From NCBI GenBank assembly GCA_038046805.1, contig JBBSVO010000006.1, forward strand, positions 132,452-196,451: a DNA stretch of 64,000 bases, written 5' to 3'. The notes under the pieces were generated by a model. That model saw only the letters and a program-made list of their open reading frames with translations. It was not told the DNA's origin and made no database searches. A program made the translations under genes and the position numbers. Below are positions 10,146 through 19,299 of the stretch, one piece after another. Source of the stretch: Candidatus Micrarchaeota archaeon. GTDB lineage: Archaea > Micrarchaeota > Micrarchaeia > Anstonellales > Bilamarchaeaceae. Positions within the stretch are counted from its first letter, which is position 1. Each line of letters starts with the position of its first letter.

Positions 10146-11396
10146 TCACATCCCCGTCTTCACAATTATATTCTCCCCAACAGATGTTATCAAATTAAAC
10201 GGGAGTCCGTACTTCTTTTCGAACATCGTCTGCACTAAAATTGAACCTTCTGTTCCGTTTATACCTACGACCTTTCCGATGTATGTTCCGTGGTCGTTTA
10301 TTACCTCTTTTCCCTCAAGCTTCATATTGACTAGAAGGTCTATTCTCATTCCGCGCACAATATTTGTGCTGACATAACCTGCAATTATCGCAATCAGCAG
10401 GACCGAGAAGAAATCCGCGAAACTAACATATGGCGGTTTATAATTAAGCACCCAGTCGCTTCCGGTTTTCAATACCAGCATTGCAAGTATAAGCGCTATG
10501 GCGTAAAGCGAATATCTTGTTATAAGGAACGTTCTTTTTTCCAGCACCGAGTCTATGCTTTTTCCGACTATCGCGAACAGTGCTGCAAGGATGAATATTG
10601 GAAGTGCGTTTCCAAATACGTTTGCAACGAGTTTCTCGCCGGAGAATCCCATACTTATTCCATTGTTCCACGAGAAATACGTGACAAGAATTGCAAATAT
10701 GAATATTACAAATGTGCCGACATAAGCAACCCAACTCGAATTTCCAAAAGAAAATCTAAAATCGCTTAGAATAGATGTTATGTAATCCTCAATTCCAAAT
10801 CCTTTTAACAGCAGATAAATGCCTACAATTACTCCGACCGGCTGCCATCCCATTCCAAGATAGCTTGATGCAGAAAGAAGAAGGACTAGGAGCGCAGGTA
10901 TCCCGATTATTATTCTGGCATAATATGGATCGCGTATCTTGTCAAGAAGCACGAAGTATGTTTTTTCAAGTTCCTTTGCCTGTTTTATGAATACGATCTT
11001 AGTTGAATTTATCTTTAATCTCGAGCGGATTACTGGTATTATTTCTTCATCCGATGCACCGTCCGATACCAGAATGCAGGATTCCGCATGCGTTTCGCGG
11101 ACGATTCTATCCAACTGCTCACTTATCTCCCTGTCTGCGCTATAACCAAGTTTTTTGTGGCCTGTAAGCGTTATTACCTCCGCGTTTTCTCCATCTTTTT
11201 TCAGCTTGTCATATATTTTTACTGCGTAAAATATTGTATTGGAATCCGGGTCTTCCGGGTCTGCAAGTGCAAGCTTCAATGCAGCGTTTATGTTTGCCTC
11301 CCTGCCAATGACAGGACCACTTACTTTTCCCTTTTCGTAAATGTCGTTGTCCCGGTCTATGCAGAGTACAAGCAACGGTCTTTCCATATTCTCCAT
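10146..11396 (-). CDS. DUF373 family membrane protein with C-terminal PRC-barrel-like domain
   Basis: LVLCIDRDND, DPEDPDSN, VSDGASDE motifs; multiple TMs; GKEVINDHGTYIGKV. Confidence 0.88.
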   Translation of the reverse strand: MENMERPLLVLCIDRDNDIYEKGKVSGPVIGREANINAALKLALADPEDPDSNTIFYAVKIYDKLKKDGENAEVITLTGHKKLGYSADREISEQLDRIVRETHAESCILVSDGASDEEIIPVIRSRLKINSTKIVFIKQAKELEKTYFVLLDKIRDPYYARIIIGIPALLVLLLSASSYLGMGWQPVGVIVGIYLLLKGFGIEDYITSILSDFRFSFGNSSWVAYVGTFVIFIFAILVTYFSWNNGISMGFSGEKLVANVFGNALPIFILAALFAIVGKSIDSVLEKRTFLITRYSLYAIALILAMLVLKTGSDWVLNYKPPYVSFADFFSVLLIAIIAGYVSTNIVRGMRIDLLVNMKLEGKEVINDHGTYIGKVVGINGTEGSILVQTMFEKKYGLPFNLITSVGENIIVKTGM

Positions 11397-11452
11397 AATG
11401 TTATAGTGAAAGTTAAAAGGTTAAATAGATTTGGTTGCACTGTTGATTGCTG

Positions 11453-12037
11453 ATGTCGGTCCCTTCTTATAGAAATGGCGGTCGAGAGCCTCGTGAGCGG
11501 TCGGCCAACGGCTCTCTGAAGCTTTATCATATACGTCATGCGATTCGGGAGAAATGGTGCCTGGTTGAGCAGGCCGTAACCCTCTCGTGGTCAGCCGATT
11601 CCAATGATATCCGCGTAAGAACCCGGTTCTCAAATATAAGAAAAAAACAGCTTCGCTGCATGAACGACAAAGAGATAAAAAAATTTTTCTCAGCGTTGGA
11701 ATATGTTGTGCAGACCCACATGAGTCCGATGCCGCAAGTTCTGCGCTGTTCTGCAGATTCTTGTTCAGGCCGTAAAAATGGAAAATCAAACGGCTGTTGT
11801 TTTATTTGCCGGGGAATCCAGGATTTAACAACGCATCACGTAATTCCAAGAGAAGTTGGCGGAACGGATGACGAGCGCAATCTAATGTCCCTTTGCAGGC
11901 CGTGCCACGACACCCTCACAACAATCACCAATGAAATGCAGGATGAGGGGAGAAAGATTGGTGAAAGCCCCCATTTTGTTGATTACGTTGTCCTGGTGCT
12001 TGAGATAAAATCCAGATTAAACGGGAATAAAACATAA
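11453..12037 (+). CDS. HNH endonuclease domain protein
   Basis: CFIC...TTHHVIPREVGGTDDERNLMSLCRPCHD. Confidence 0.8.
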   Translation: MSVPSYRNGGREPRERSANGSLKLYHIRHAIREKWCLVEQAVTLSWSADSNDIRVRTRFSNIRKKQLRCMNDKEIKKFFSALEYVVQTHMSPMPQVLRCSADSCSGRKNGKSNGCCFICRGIQDLTTHHVIPREVGGTDDERNLMSLCRPCHDTLTTITNEMQDEGRKIGESPHFVDYVVLVLEIKSRLNGNKT

Positions 12038-12128
12038 TCAAGACCCGAAACGCGAAACCAAAAACATGGAATTTTAAAGGAGCAGGCGGACATCCGATAA
12101 TTTAAACTTTGTTCGCAAAATAAATTGC

Positions 12129-13213
12129 ATGCCCGAACCGTGGTTTCCCTTGCCAATGGCACTTGCCCCGCCAAAGGAGAAAACCGAAAAAACAGGTTCG
12201 ACAATGCCGTTGCCAGTTTTTGCATTGGAGCTGCTGGAAACAGACAAATTGAAAATGAAGCTCGGTCTGGACAGGGCGTATTCCGCCTTTGAAAACCTGC
12301 GTGGTCTTTACAAAGGAATGCTTGCCGGAGAAAAAAGTGGCGAAACGGGAACGCTTGGCATAAAATACTTCTTAAACAACGGTATCACAAAATCCCAGTC
12401 TGAGGTTTTGGCGACAAGAAAAGGAGACTGCGACGAAATAACGCGGCTGGCATTTCTTTCTGCCTCCGGACTGGGAGTGCAAAACGCAGTCATGGTTGAG
12501 ATGACCTGGATAAATCCAAAGACAAAACAGTTTGAGGGGCATTCCGCGCTGGTTCTGAAGCCTGAGAATCCGTTGGATGCCCCCATAGTTTTTGATTTTA
12601 CATATCTGCATGATGGAAAACCGCTGGAATCGGCAAATCTTGAAAAAGGGCTGAGAACGCTTTACGCAGAAGATGCGAAGAACCCTGATTTTAAGATGGC
12701 GCAGTTTGGCACTGTTGCGGAAGTGGAAGCGTCGTATTACGACAAGGTCGGATGGCATTATTCCACCGTAGGGAATTGGGAAATGACCGCGCTGGCTTAT
12801 GAAAGGGCGGTGAGCCTTGTACCAGATAGCTTTGAGTATACTAAGGATTTGGCTTTGCGTATAAGAAATTGAAGAAATACGAGAAGGCATTGGATGCGTA
12901 TAAACGCGCTTTAGAAACAGTGGACGGAAAGTTGGATCTGCAAGTGCATGCTAACGCAGGTGAGATGGCACTAAGACTCGACAGACATGATGAAGCAATA
13001 GATTCATTGAAGACAGCACTTTCTATTAGTACTGATGTACAACTTGATATAAAAATAAGAGGAAATCTTGCAAGTGCGCTGTTTGGTAAAGGATTAATGG
13101 CCAACAATGAAAAAAGATATGAAGAAGCCCTCAAACTGTTTAGAGAAGCATTACTATATGAACCAGACGATAAGGATATACTAAAAGCGATTAGAAGATT
13201 AGAAACAAAATAA
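12129..13213 (+). pseudogene. Transglutaminase-like + TPR protein, split by a 1-bp frameshift near 12851 (real or assembly error)
   Basis: GDCDE..., GHSALV, FDFT Cys-His-Asp pattern; adding one G at 12851-12852 gives the continuous TPR DLGFAYKKLKKYEKALDAYKRALE; total span is 3n+2. Confidence 0.72.
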
Positions 13214-13222
13214 AGAAAATAA

Positions 13223-13597
13223 TTATCGTATATTTGGACGCGGTTTGAGTTCGGTAGTGGTCTCGATGGGTACAAATCCGACTGTACCGTCTGGATCAAG
13301 TTTCATTAAATTTCCACTTTCTTTACTAGTAAATAGTATTGATCCATCTTTCTCTCTTTCTATTATTTTACCTTCAGCCAAAAGATCTCCGTCTCTAAAA
13401 AATATTTTTATATTCCCATCTCTTCGTTCTAACAGGACTACCCCATTAGCATACGTAATCTGTGATTTCGTAGGCACCGAACTTTTCGCATCAGCCATAA
13501 TTCCTTCTCGCGTTGAAGATTTAAAATCAGTTGGCTTGACGGGGGAACAGGATAGGGCGAACGCAGTGATTGAAGCACCAACAATCAATCTTCTCAT
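13223..13597 (-). CDS. Small secreted or lipoprotein-like hypothetical protein
   Basis: MRRLIVGASITAFALSC signal peptide / lipobox-like start. Confidence 0.65.
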   Translation of the reverse strand: MRRLIVGASITAFALSCSPVKPTDFKSSTREGIMADAKSSVPTKSQITYANGVVLLERRDGNIKIFFRDGDLLAEGKIIEREKDGSILFTSKESGNLMKLDPDGTVGFVPIETTTELKPRPNIR

Positions 13598-13710
13598 GTT
13601 GTAACTTTAGTCAAAAAAGGATATAAACCTATCATTATGACTATCCTACTCGGAGACTAATATAAGACTCAAGACGCTAAGCCCGAAACAGGCTGTGAAC
13701 TGGAAACCGT

Positions 13711-14565
13711 TTACTTGCACGCATGCGTTTTCTCGTCACAGACTTCACCGGACGCACAATCTTTGTCAAATGTGCATGAGCCTATCTTTGCATCACACAT
13801 GTGCTGCTTTGTATTACAAACCTGCCATATTCCGCAATCCTTGTCGCTGCTGCACATTCCTTTATTGGGAGTGCATACATGCTTTTTCTTTTCGCAGTAT
13901 TCCCACGCAGAGCAGTCATTGTCCATCGCGCAATTTCCCTGGGTTGCAACGCACTTGTTTGTTTCCGGGTTGCATCTTGCCCATTTCTCACAGTCTCCAT
14001 CGCCTATACAAAATTCTTTCTTTGCAAGGCAGAAGTTCGTCTTGACATCACATGTCTGCCATGTTTCGCAGTCTCCGTCAAAATTACATCTTCCTGTATT
14101 CGCTTCACACTTTCTGCTTAATTCATCACAGCTTTCCCAGCCCTTGCAATCATAATCTGTGCTGCACAATCCAGGTCTCATGGAACATTTGTGGGTTTTC
14201 TGGTCGCATACCTCGTATGTTTTATCACATGCCTCATCGCTTGTGCAGAATCCCGCCTTTGGAACGCATGCATTATCCGCAATAGAACAAACCTGCCATT
14301 TCTCGCAATTTGCATCTCCTTTGCATTTGTTTGCCTTGAAGTCGCAGGTATGCGTCTTACTGTTACACGTTAGTAATGGGTCGTTACATTCTTCTTCCTT
14401 TTCACAATAACCCTGTTTCAACACGCAGGATTTTTTCTCAAGGTCACATTTCTGCCAGTCTTTGCAGTCCTTGTCCTTACTACACCCGCTACCTCCTATG
14501 CATCCCGCACCGAGAAAGCTCAATCCACCCAATACAATCAGCAAAAGTATAATGCGCTTGTCCAT
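13711..14565 (-). CDS. Cys-rich repeat lipoprotein (about 10 repeats of CxxDxDCxxWxxCDxxxxxC)
   Basis: Likely start MDKRIILLL...LGAGC lipobox; about 26-aa four-Cys repeats. Confidence 0.8.
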   Translation of the reverse strand: MDKRIILLLIVLGGLSFLGAGCIGGSGCSKDKDCKDWQKCDLEKKSCVLKQGYCEKEEECNDPLLTCNSKTHTCDFKANKCKGDANCEKWQVCSIADNACVPKAGFCTSDEACDKTYEVCDQKTHKCSMRPGLCSTDYDCKGWESCDELSRKCEANTGRCNFDGDCETWQTCDVKTNFCLAKKEFCIGDGDCEKWARCNPETNKCVATQGNCAMDNDCSAWEYCEKKKHVCTPNKGMCSSDKDCGIWQVCNTKQHMCDAKIGSCTFDKDCASGEVCDEKTHACK

Positions 14566-14705
14566 GGGGATGTAGTACTTACGAAGGTAATTAAAATTTA
14601 GCTTTTTCTTCGCGGTCTTGCGTCTCGCGTCACGTGTCCCGTATTTTGGGTCTTCTTTCAATAAAAAAGGAAACGTGCGGAACAAGAAAAACAAAAACCG
14701 GAAAC

Positions 14706-15389
14706 TTATATTTTTTCAAGAATTTTCGGAAGTCCAGAAAGAGTTTTGATTGTTGAATCCGCGGAACTTTTTTTTCGTTTCGTTTTTATTTTTTCCGAAT
14801 ATTTTCCGCGCTTTACAAGAATCGTTTTCATACCCGCCTTTTTTGCGGGAAGGACGTCCGCGTCCTCACGGTCGCCGATCATAACACATTCGTTCGGTTC
14901 CACACCAATTCGTTTAAGAATAATCTCGAAAAATTTCCTATCCTTTTCCCTTCCGATTTCTTCGGAAACAAAAACATCCTCGAAATAGTGTTCTATTCCC
15001 ATTCTGATCAGTTTATCCCATTGTTTTACCGCGTTTCCGTTCGTTGCTATATATAACTTGTATCCGCTTTCGCGGAGCTTTATCAGTAATCTCGGGACTT
15101 CGGGATAAGGTAGAATCCCGGTTTTTGTATTATGGTATGCAGCAACAGCTGCGGCAACGTAACGGGCCGGTCTCCTCACTCCGAGCTTGCGGCACAATTC
15201 GTCAAACTGATTAGGGTAATTCGAGCCGCGTTTTTTGATTATTCTTGCGAGCATTTCGTGCAGCCTTTCCGCCTCCTCGTCAACCCCTGCCTCTATCATC
15301 GCGCGTATGGCATTCTTTCTCGCAAGTTCCGCGAATTCAGAGCTGGGAAAAAGCGTGTCGTCAATGTCAAAGAATATATACTTTACCAT
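14706..15389 (-). CDS. HAD-superfamily hydrolase (TIGR02253-like)
   Basis: FFDIDDTL, TNG..KQWDKL, MIGDREDAD. Confidence 0.93.
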   Translation of the reverse strand: MVKYIFFDIDDTLFPSSEFAELARKNAIRAMIEAGVDEEAERLHEMLARIIKKRGSNYPNQFDELCRKLGVRRPARYVAAAVAAYHNTKTGILPYPEVPRLLIKLRESGYKLYIATNGNAVKQWDKLIRMGIEHYFEDVFVSEEIGREKDRKFFEIILKRIGVEPNECVMIGDREDADVLPAKKAGMKTILVKRGKYSEKIKTKRKKSSADSTIKTLSGLPKILEKI

Positions 15390-15461
15390 GTTATTCCATT
15401 CTGATAATCGTCAGATAGCTTTAAAAATGGTTTTAGACACAGTTTATGGTTGGGTGTGATT

Positions 15462-18400
15462 ATGCCAAATCCGAAACAGATCGTATTGCACGTTAATTCC
15501 GGGAAATCTTCGCTTGTGGATATGCATGAATGGATGAGGGCCACTATAAAGAAAGATACAACTGATGAGCAATTGAATATACCGGCGACCAAACCAGACG
15601 TTTATGATTCGGTTTTTATTGGTTTTATCTATAAGAATCCAAGGGATAATGACGAGATTTGGGCAAGAGTTTATACTCCGATTTATGATAAGAAGAATGC
15701 GTTCACAGGTAATTTTCTTGTAACAGAAGCCCGGCTTTCTGATTTGATTGGTGACAAAAAGAAAATAGATGCAATAGAAGGGGCCATATTGAATCTTCCC
15801 AGTCGTTCAATTGGCGAATTTCGCATGTTGAAGGAGCTGGTATCTCCTCAGCATTCTCTTAATGATGACGGGTATGATTCTGGTACGGGCTATAGATTTA
15901 GTTACGGGAAAAGTGTGGGACGTGACAAAATAGTTTTCCCAATGGGCCGTGAGCTTAAGCACGTTAACGTAGCTGCACAAGAGCCTGTGGATGTCACCGT
16001 ATCCCGAGCCGGTGTAGCCGCCCCAATCTCTCGAATAGCATTCGATGGCGAGATGTGGACTGCAAAAAAAGCAGTTAAGGAAATAATTGAAGCTCCCGCA
16101 ACCGATTTGAGCAAAGTAAATCCAAATGACCAGATTGGGTTTGGCAAGTGGCTGAATGGGCAGATGAAAGAAAAATTCAGTAATTTTGATTTTTCCAAAT
16201 TATCCAAGGATGACCAAAAGGAATTGGTGAAGCATGTTTCGAATCTTATTTCGAATAGACTGCTTGCCAGTCTTGCAAAAGCAGAACCGCCCGCTGCAAC
16301 AGAAAGACCGCCAGCCACAACCGCGCAGGCGCCTGCTGAAAAACCCAAGAGGGAATTATCCGAGCGTGAACTTGATAATTTGCTTGATGAATTGGAAGCC
16401 CCGGATGCGCTCAAAAAAGCTATTCCAAAACCGAGCGGTTCACCACGAATTGCAGAAAATGTTGAACTTGCCAGACGCGAGAGCGCTGCCAAAGAGGCGC
16501 GTCTCTCCAAAGTAAGCGAACCGGTGCAAGCCCCAGTGTTTCCAACCGAACAGGAATTAAACGCAGATATTCGCCAATTTGTCAATTCTTTAGACAGTAC
16601 AAATCTGGCAACATGGGGTGAAGCAAGCGATGTTGTTGACCATATTCTGGAACAGCGGAAAATCACAGTTCCATTGAATTTCGCGCTCAGGGAAGGACTT
16701 GAATTATATGCATCGAACGAAATCACGGCTCACACGCAGGACGTGTCACCAGCGGTTATGTATGAGTTAGAAGACCTCAAAAACGAAGTAACGAAAGTCG
16801 TGAATCGGGTGAAGTTTGACAAGTCCGGCCAGGGTGCAAGCCCGTCCAAAGTAATTAACGAAGTTTTGCGTCAAAAGAATCTAGGAAAAGATTTTGTTTC
16901 CCAGAACGATATGAAAGAACTTTCCAGTTTTGCCGCAAGCGAGCTTGTGCGCAGGCTTAATGAGGTTGTTGTCACTACAACGAATCCAGAGAGGCTGAAG
17001 CCGGAAGTTATGAACTTGATTAAAGGAGACTTACAAATGTTTATTTCAACAGGTAACTATTCCGAGATTTCTGGTGCTACTCCTGATTCGGTTGTAAGGC
17101 TCATTCTCACAAGAAGCATGCGACATCTGGTTAAAACGACTGGTGGCATTACCGGAGCGGATATAAAAGAACTCGAAACATATGTGCAACCCCAGTTAAT
17201 CGCACGCAGAGCTGAACTCGTTAAGCTGGCCGCAGAAGCACAGTCCCGTTCTCGCGCAGAGATCGCTCCAGCTGTCTCAACATCAAGAACGGAATCGAGT
17301 CTTCCTCCAACTATTCCCCCATCGGAAGTTTCCGCTCAAAGAGAGGCAGAACGACAACGACAATTAGCAGCCGAAGCAGAGAGGAGAAGAACACTGGCAC
17401 CACCAACTCCCGCACCAGCCGCACCAATAGTTGCGCCAGCAGTTTCCACCCCCATCGTTTCATTATCCCGCAAAGCAGTTTCAGTTCAGGATGTCGCCAA
17501 ATCATTCACCGGAAGCTATACTCCCGGGCAATTGATTGAATTGAACCGCACTTTTGCAGAAGCGCCGGAAGCGCGGAAATACACATCTGCATATCACGTC
17601 GTCTATCAAAAACAAAGCGATGACGGCAGCATGCTTCTTTTCGTAAAGGCGCACGGAGGCGCACGGATTTACAGGTATGATATTCCTGCAGGGTTTTTTG
17701 ATCCATCTTCGGTAACGATTTCGAGTGCGGTTCTACAAAATCTAAAATCTGCAGGTGCATCTAATTCAGAGGCAGATGCGATTGCGATGATAATGACGAA
17801 GTCATTTGTTTCCAACATAGTTACTGGGGAAGTCCAGTCTTTTGTTTATGCCAATGGCGGCATGAGCAACACGAATTATCTTTCACTTGGCAAGTCACGC
17901 GATGAATATCGTATTCCCAAAGGAACAAGATTCTCAAGGCTTATTACGCCACTTGATTTTGTAAAGGACTTTTCAGCAGAAGATAAACGAAAATACCTTG
18001 CAGAGCCCACAGAGAATCCAGACGATTATGAAGTTCTTGGTACAATGATTGCCGGAACCCGCGCCATGATTTTTAAAGAGCATAAATCCGCGATGGAATC
18101 TGCAATCTCCTCGTACTTAGAAGGTAATCCAGAACCGTTTGCAAAATTGCTTCTTTCCTATGCAATGGAAGGTCAGGCCACTTCAGCAGTACATATACAG
18201 GTTCTTTCGGTTTACTTAATGTACAGGCTTCAGCAGGAAGGACTGATGGATTTCACCGGAATCTACGCGAAATTAAACGGAAAGACGATAAAGCCGTTAA
18301 AGGATGCGGAAGATATTCTGAAAAGAGCAAGAACCAAATCCGGCGCGCAGGAAGTTTTCGCAATTCTTCAGGAATGGGAGAACAGAAAAGTAATGGGGCT

Positions 18401-19295
18401 TGGAAAAGAAGGTGCAGTTTCAAAGCTCACGGAAATCCTGAATTACGCAAATGAAAATTTCATGGCAGAAAAGCCGCCGAAAGGGTACAGCAGGAGCGGA
18501 AAGATTTACCCATACCTAAAGAGCCGTGCAACAAAGAAGGTTGCATCGGAAGTTAATCCGGTTGATGGAAAGCTCGGGCCGATTACGCTTATGGCATGGA
18601 TGTTCGTGATGACCGAACCATCTCTGGCAAGGGGGCCGGATAAGGACCCAAGAAAGAATCGCTTGGAAGCCGAACCTCTCCATGTCGCAGATGTAGCGGT
18701 TTTTAAGGAAAAGAGAGATGTAACTACCAAACGAGGGGAAGGATCAACTTATGAATTGAATCTCCATTTCTTCTCTAAAGGAGGCGATAAGCTTACCGAA
18801 GCAGCATATCTCAAATCCCAGGGCCTTACTCGCGATCAAGCACTTTTTATGTATTATGGGCTGATGCTTGCACGTGATACGATCCCAGGTACAGATGGAA
18901 ATATGGGTTGGTTCATCATTAATCCGAATAGGAAGGAAAGGCAGGATAAAAATATATTCTACACTGGCTTTTTGGATATGGACCGTGGCAAAATATTCCC
19001 AGTAACCTATGAGAAGGATACAGCAATTATTGGGGATAGCCCTATACTTGAAAATGTTCAATTTATGACACACATTGATAAAGACAAAAAAGAGATCCAC
19101 CCCTGGGTTGTTCCTGAAAAACAACCTTGGGAAATGGATCCAGCAGTTGTAAGTAGGTTGTATTCTGTCCAGTCAAATAACAACACATTTTTCCTTCCCA
19201 ATTACGGAACACCATCAAGACCAGATAAAAACGGAAATATTTACCCGGGTTCGTTTATTATTGGGAATGGTACGATAAAAGATTTGACGAAGTGA
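15462..19295 (+). CDS. Large orphan protein (about 1277 aa) with Pro/Ala linkers
   Basis: Long uninterrupted ORF; GGTG RBS before ATG 15462; no family recognised. Confidence 0.8.
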   Translation: MPNPKQIVLHVNSGKSSLVDMHEWMRATIKKDTTDEQLNIPATKPDVYDSVFIGFIYKNPRDNDEIWARVYTPIYDKKNAFTGNFLVTEARLSDLIGDKKKIDAIEGAILNLPSRSIGEFRMLKELVSPQHSLNDDGYDSGTGYRFSYGKSVGRDKIVFPMGRELKHVNVAAQEPVDVTVSRAGVAAPISRIAFDGEMWTAKKAVKEIIEAPATDLSKVNPNDQIGFGKWLNGQMKEKFSNFDFSKLSKDDQKELVKHVSNLISNRLLASLAKAEPPAATERPPATTAQAPAEKPKRELSERELDNLLDELEAPDALKKAIPKPSGSPRIAENVELARRESAAKEARLSKVSEPVQAPVFPTEQELNADIRQFVNSLDSTNLATWGEASDVVDHILEQRKITVPLNFALREGLELYASNEITAHTQDVSPAVMYELEDLKNEVTKVVNRVKFDKSGQGASPSKVINEVLRQKNLGKDFVSQNDMKELSSFAASELVRRLNEVVVTTTNPERLKPEVMNLIKGDLQMFISTGNYSEISGATPDSVVRLILTRSMRHLVKTTGGITGADIKELETYVQPQLIARRAELVKLAAEAQSRSRAEIAPAVSTSRTESSLPPTIPPSEVSAQREAERQRQLAAEAERRRTLAPPTPAPAAPIVAPAVSTPIVSLSRKAVSVQDVAKSFTGSYTPGQLIELNRTFAEAPEARKYTSAYHVVYQKQSDDGSMLLFVKAHGGARIYRYDIPAGFFDPSSVTISSAVLQNLKSAGASNSEADAIAMIMTKSFVSNIVTGEVQSFVYANGGMSNTNYLSLGKSRDEYRIPKGTRFSRLITPLDFVKDFSAEDKRKYLAEPTENPDDYEVLGTMIAGTRAMIFKEHKSAMESAISSYLEGNPEPFAKLLLSYAMEGQATSAVHIQVLSVYLMYRLQQEGLMDFTGIYAKLNGKTIKPLKDAEDILKRARTKSGAQEVFAILQEWENRKVMGLGKEGAVSKLTEILNYANENFMAEKPPKGYSRSGKIYPYLKSRATKKVASEVNPVDGKLGPITLMAWMFVMTEPSLARGPDKDPRKNRLEAEPLHVADVAVFKEKRDVTTKRGEGSTYELNLHFFSKGGDKLTEAAYLKSQGLTRDQALFMYYGLMLARDTIPGTDGNMGWFIINPNRKERQDKNIFYTGFLDMDRGKIFPVTYEKDTAIIGDSPILENVQFMTHIDKDKKEIHPWVVPEKQPWEMDPAVVSRLYSVQSNNNTFFLPNYGTPSRPDKNGNIYPGSFIIGNGTIKDLTK

Positions 19296-19299
19296 TACT

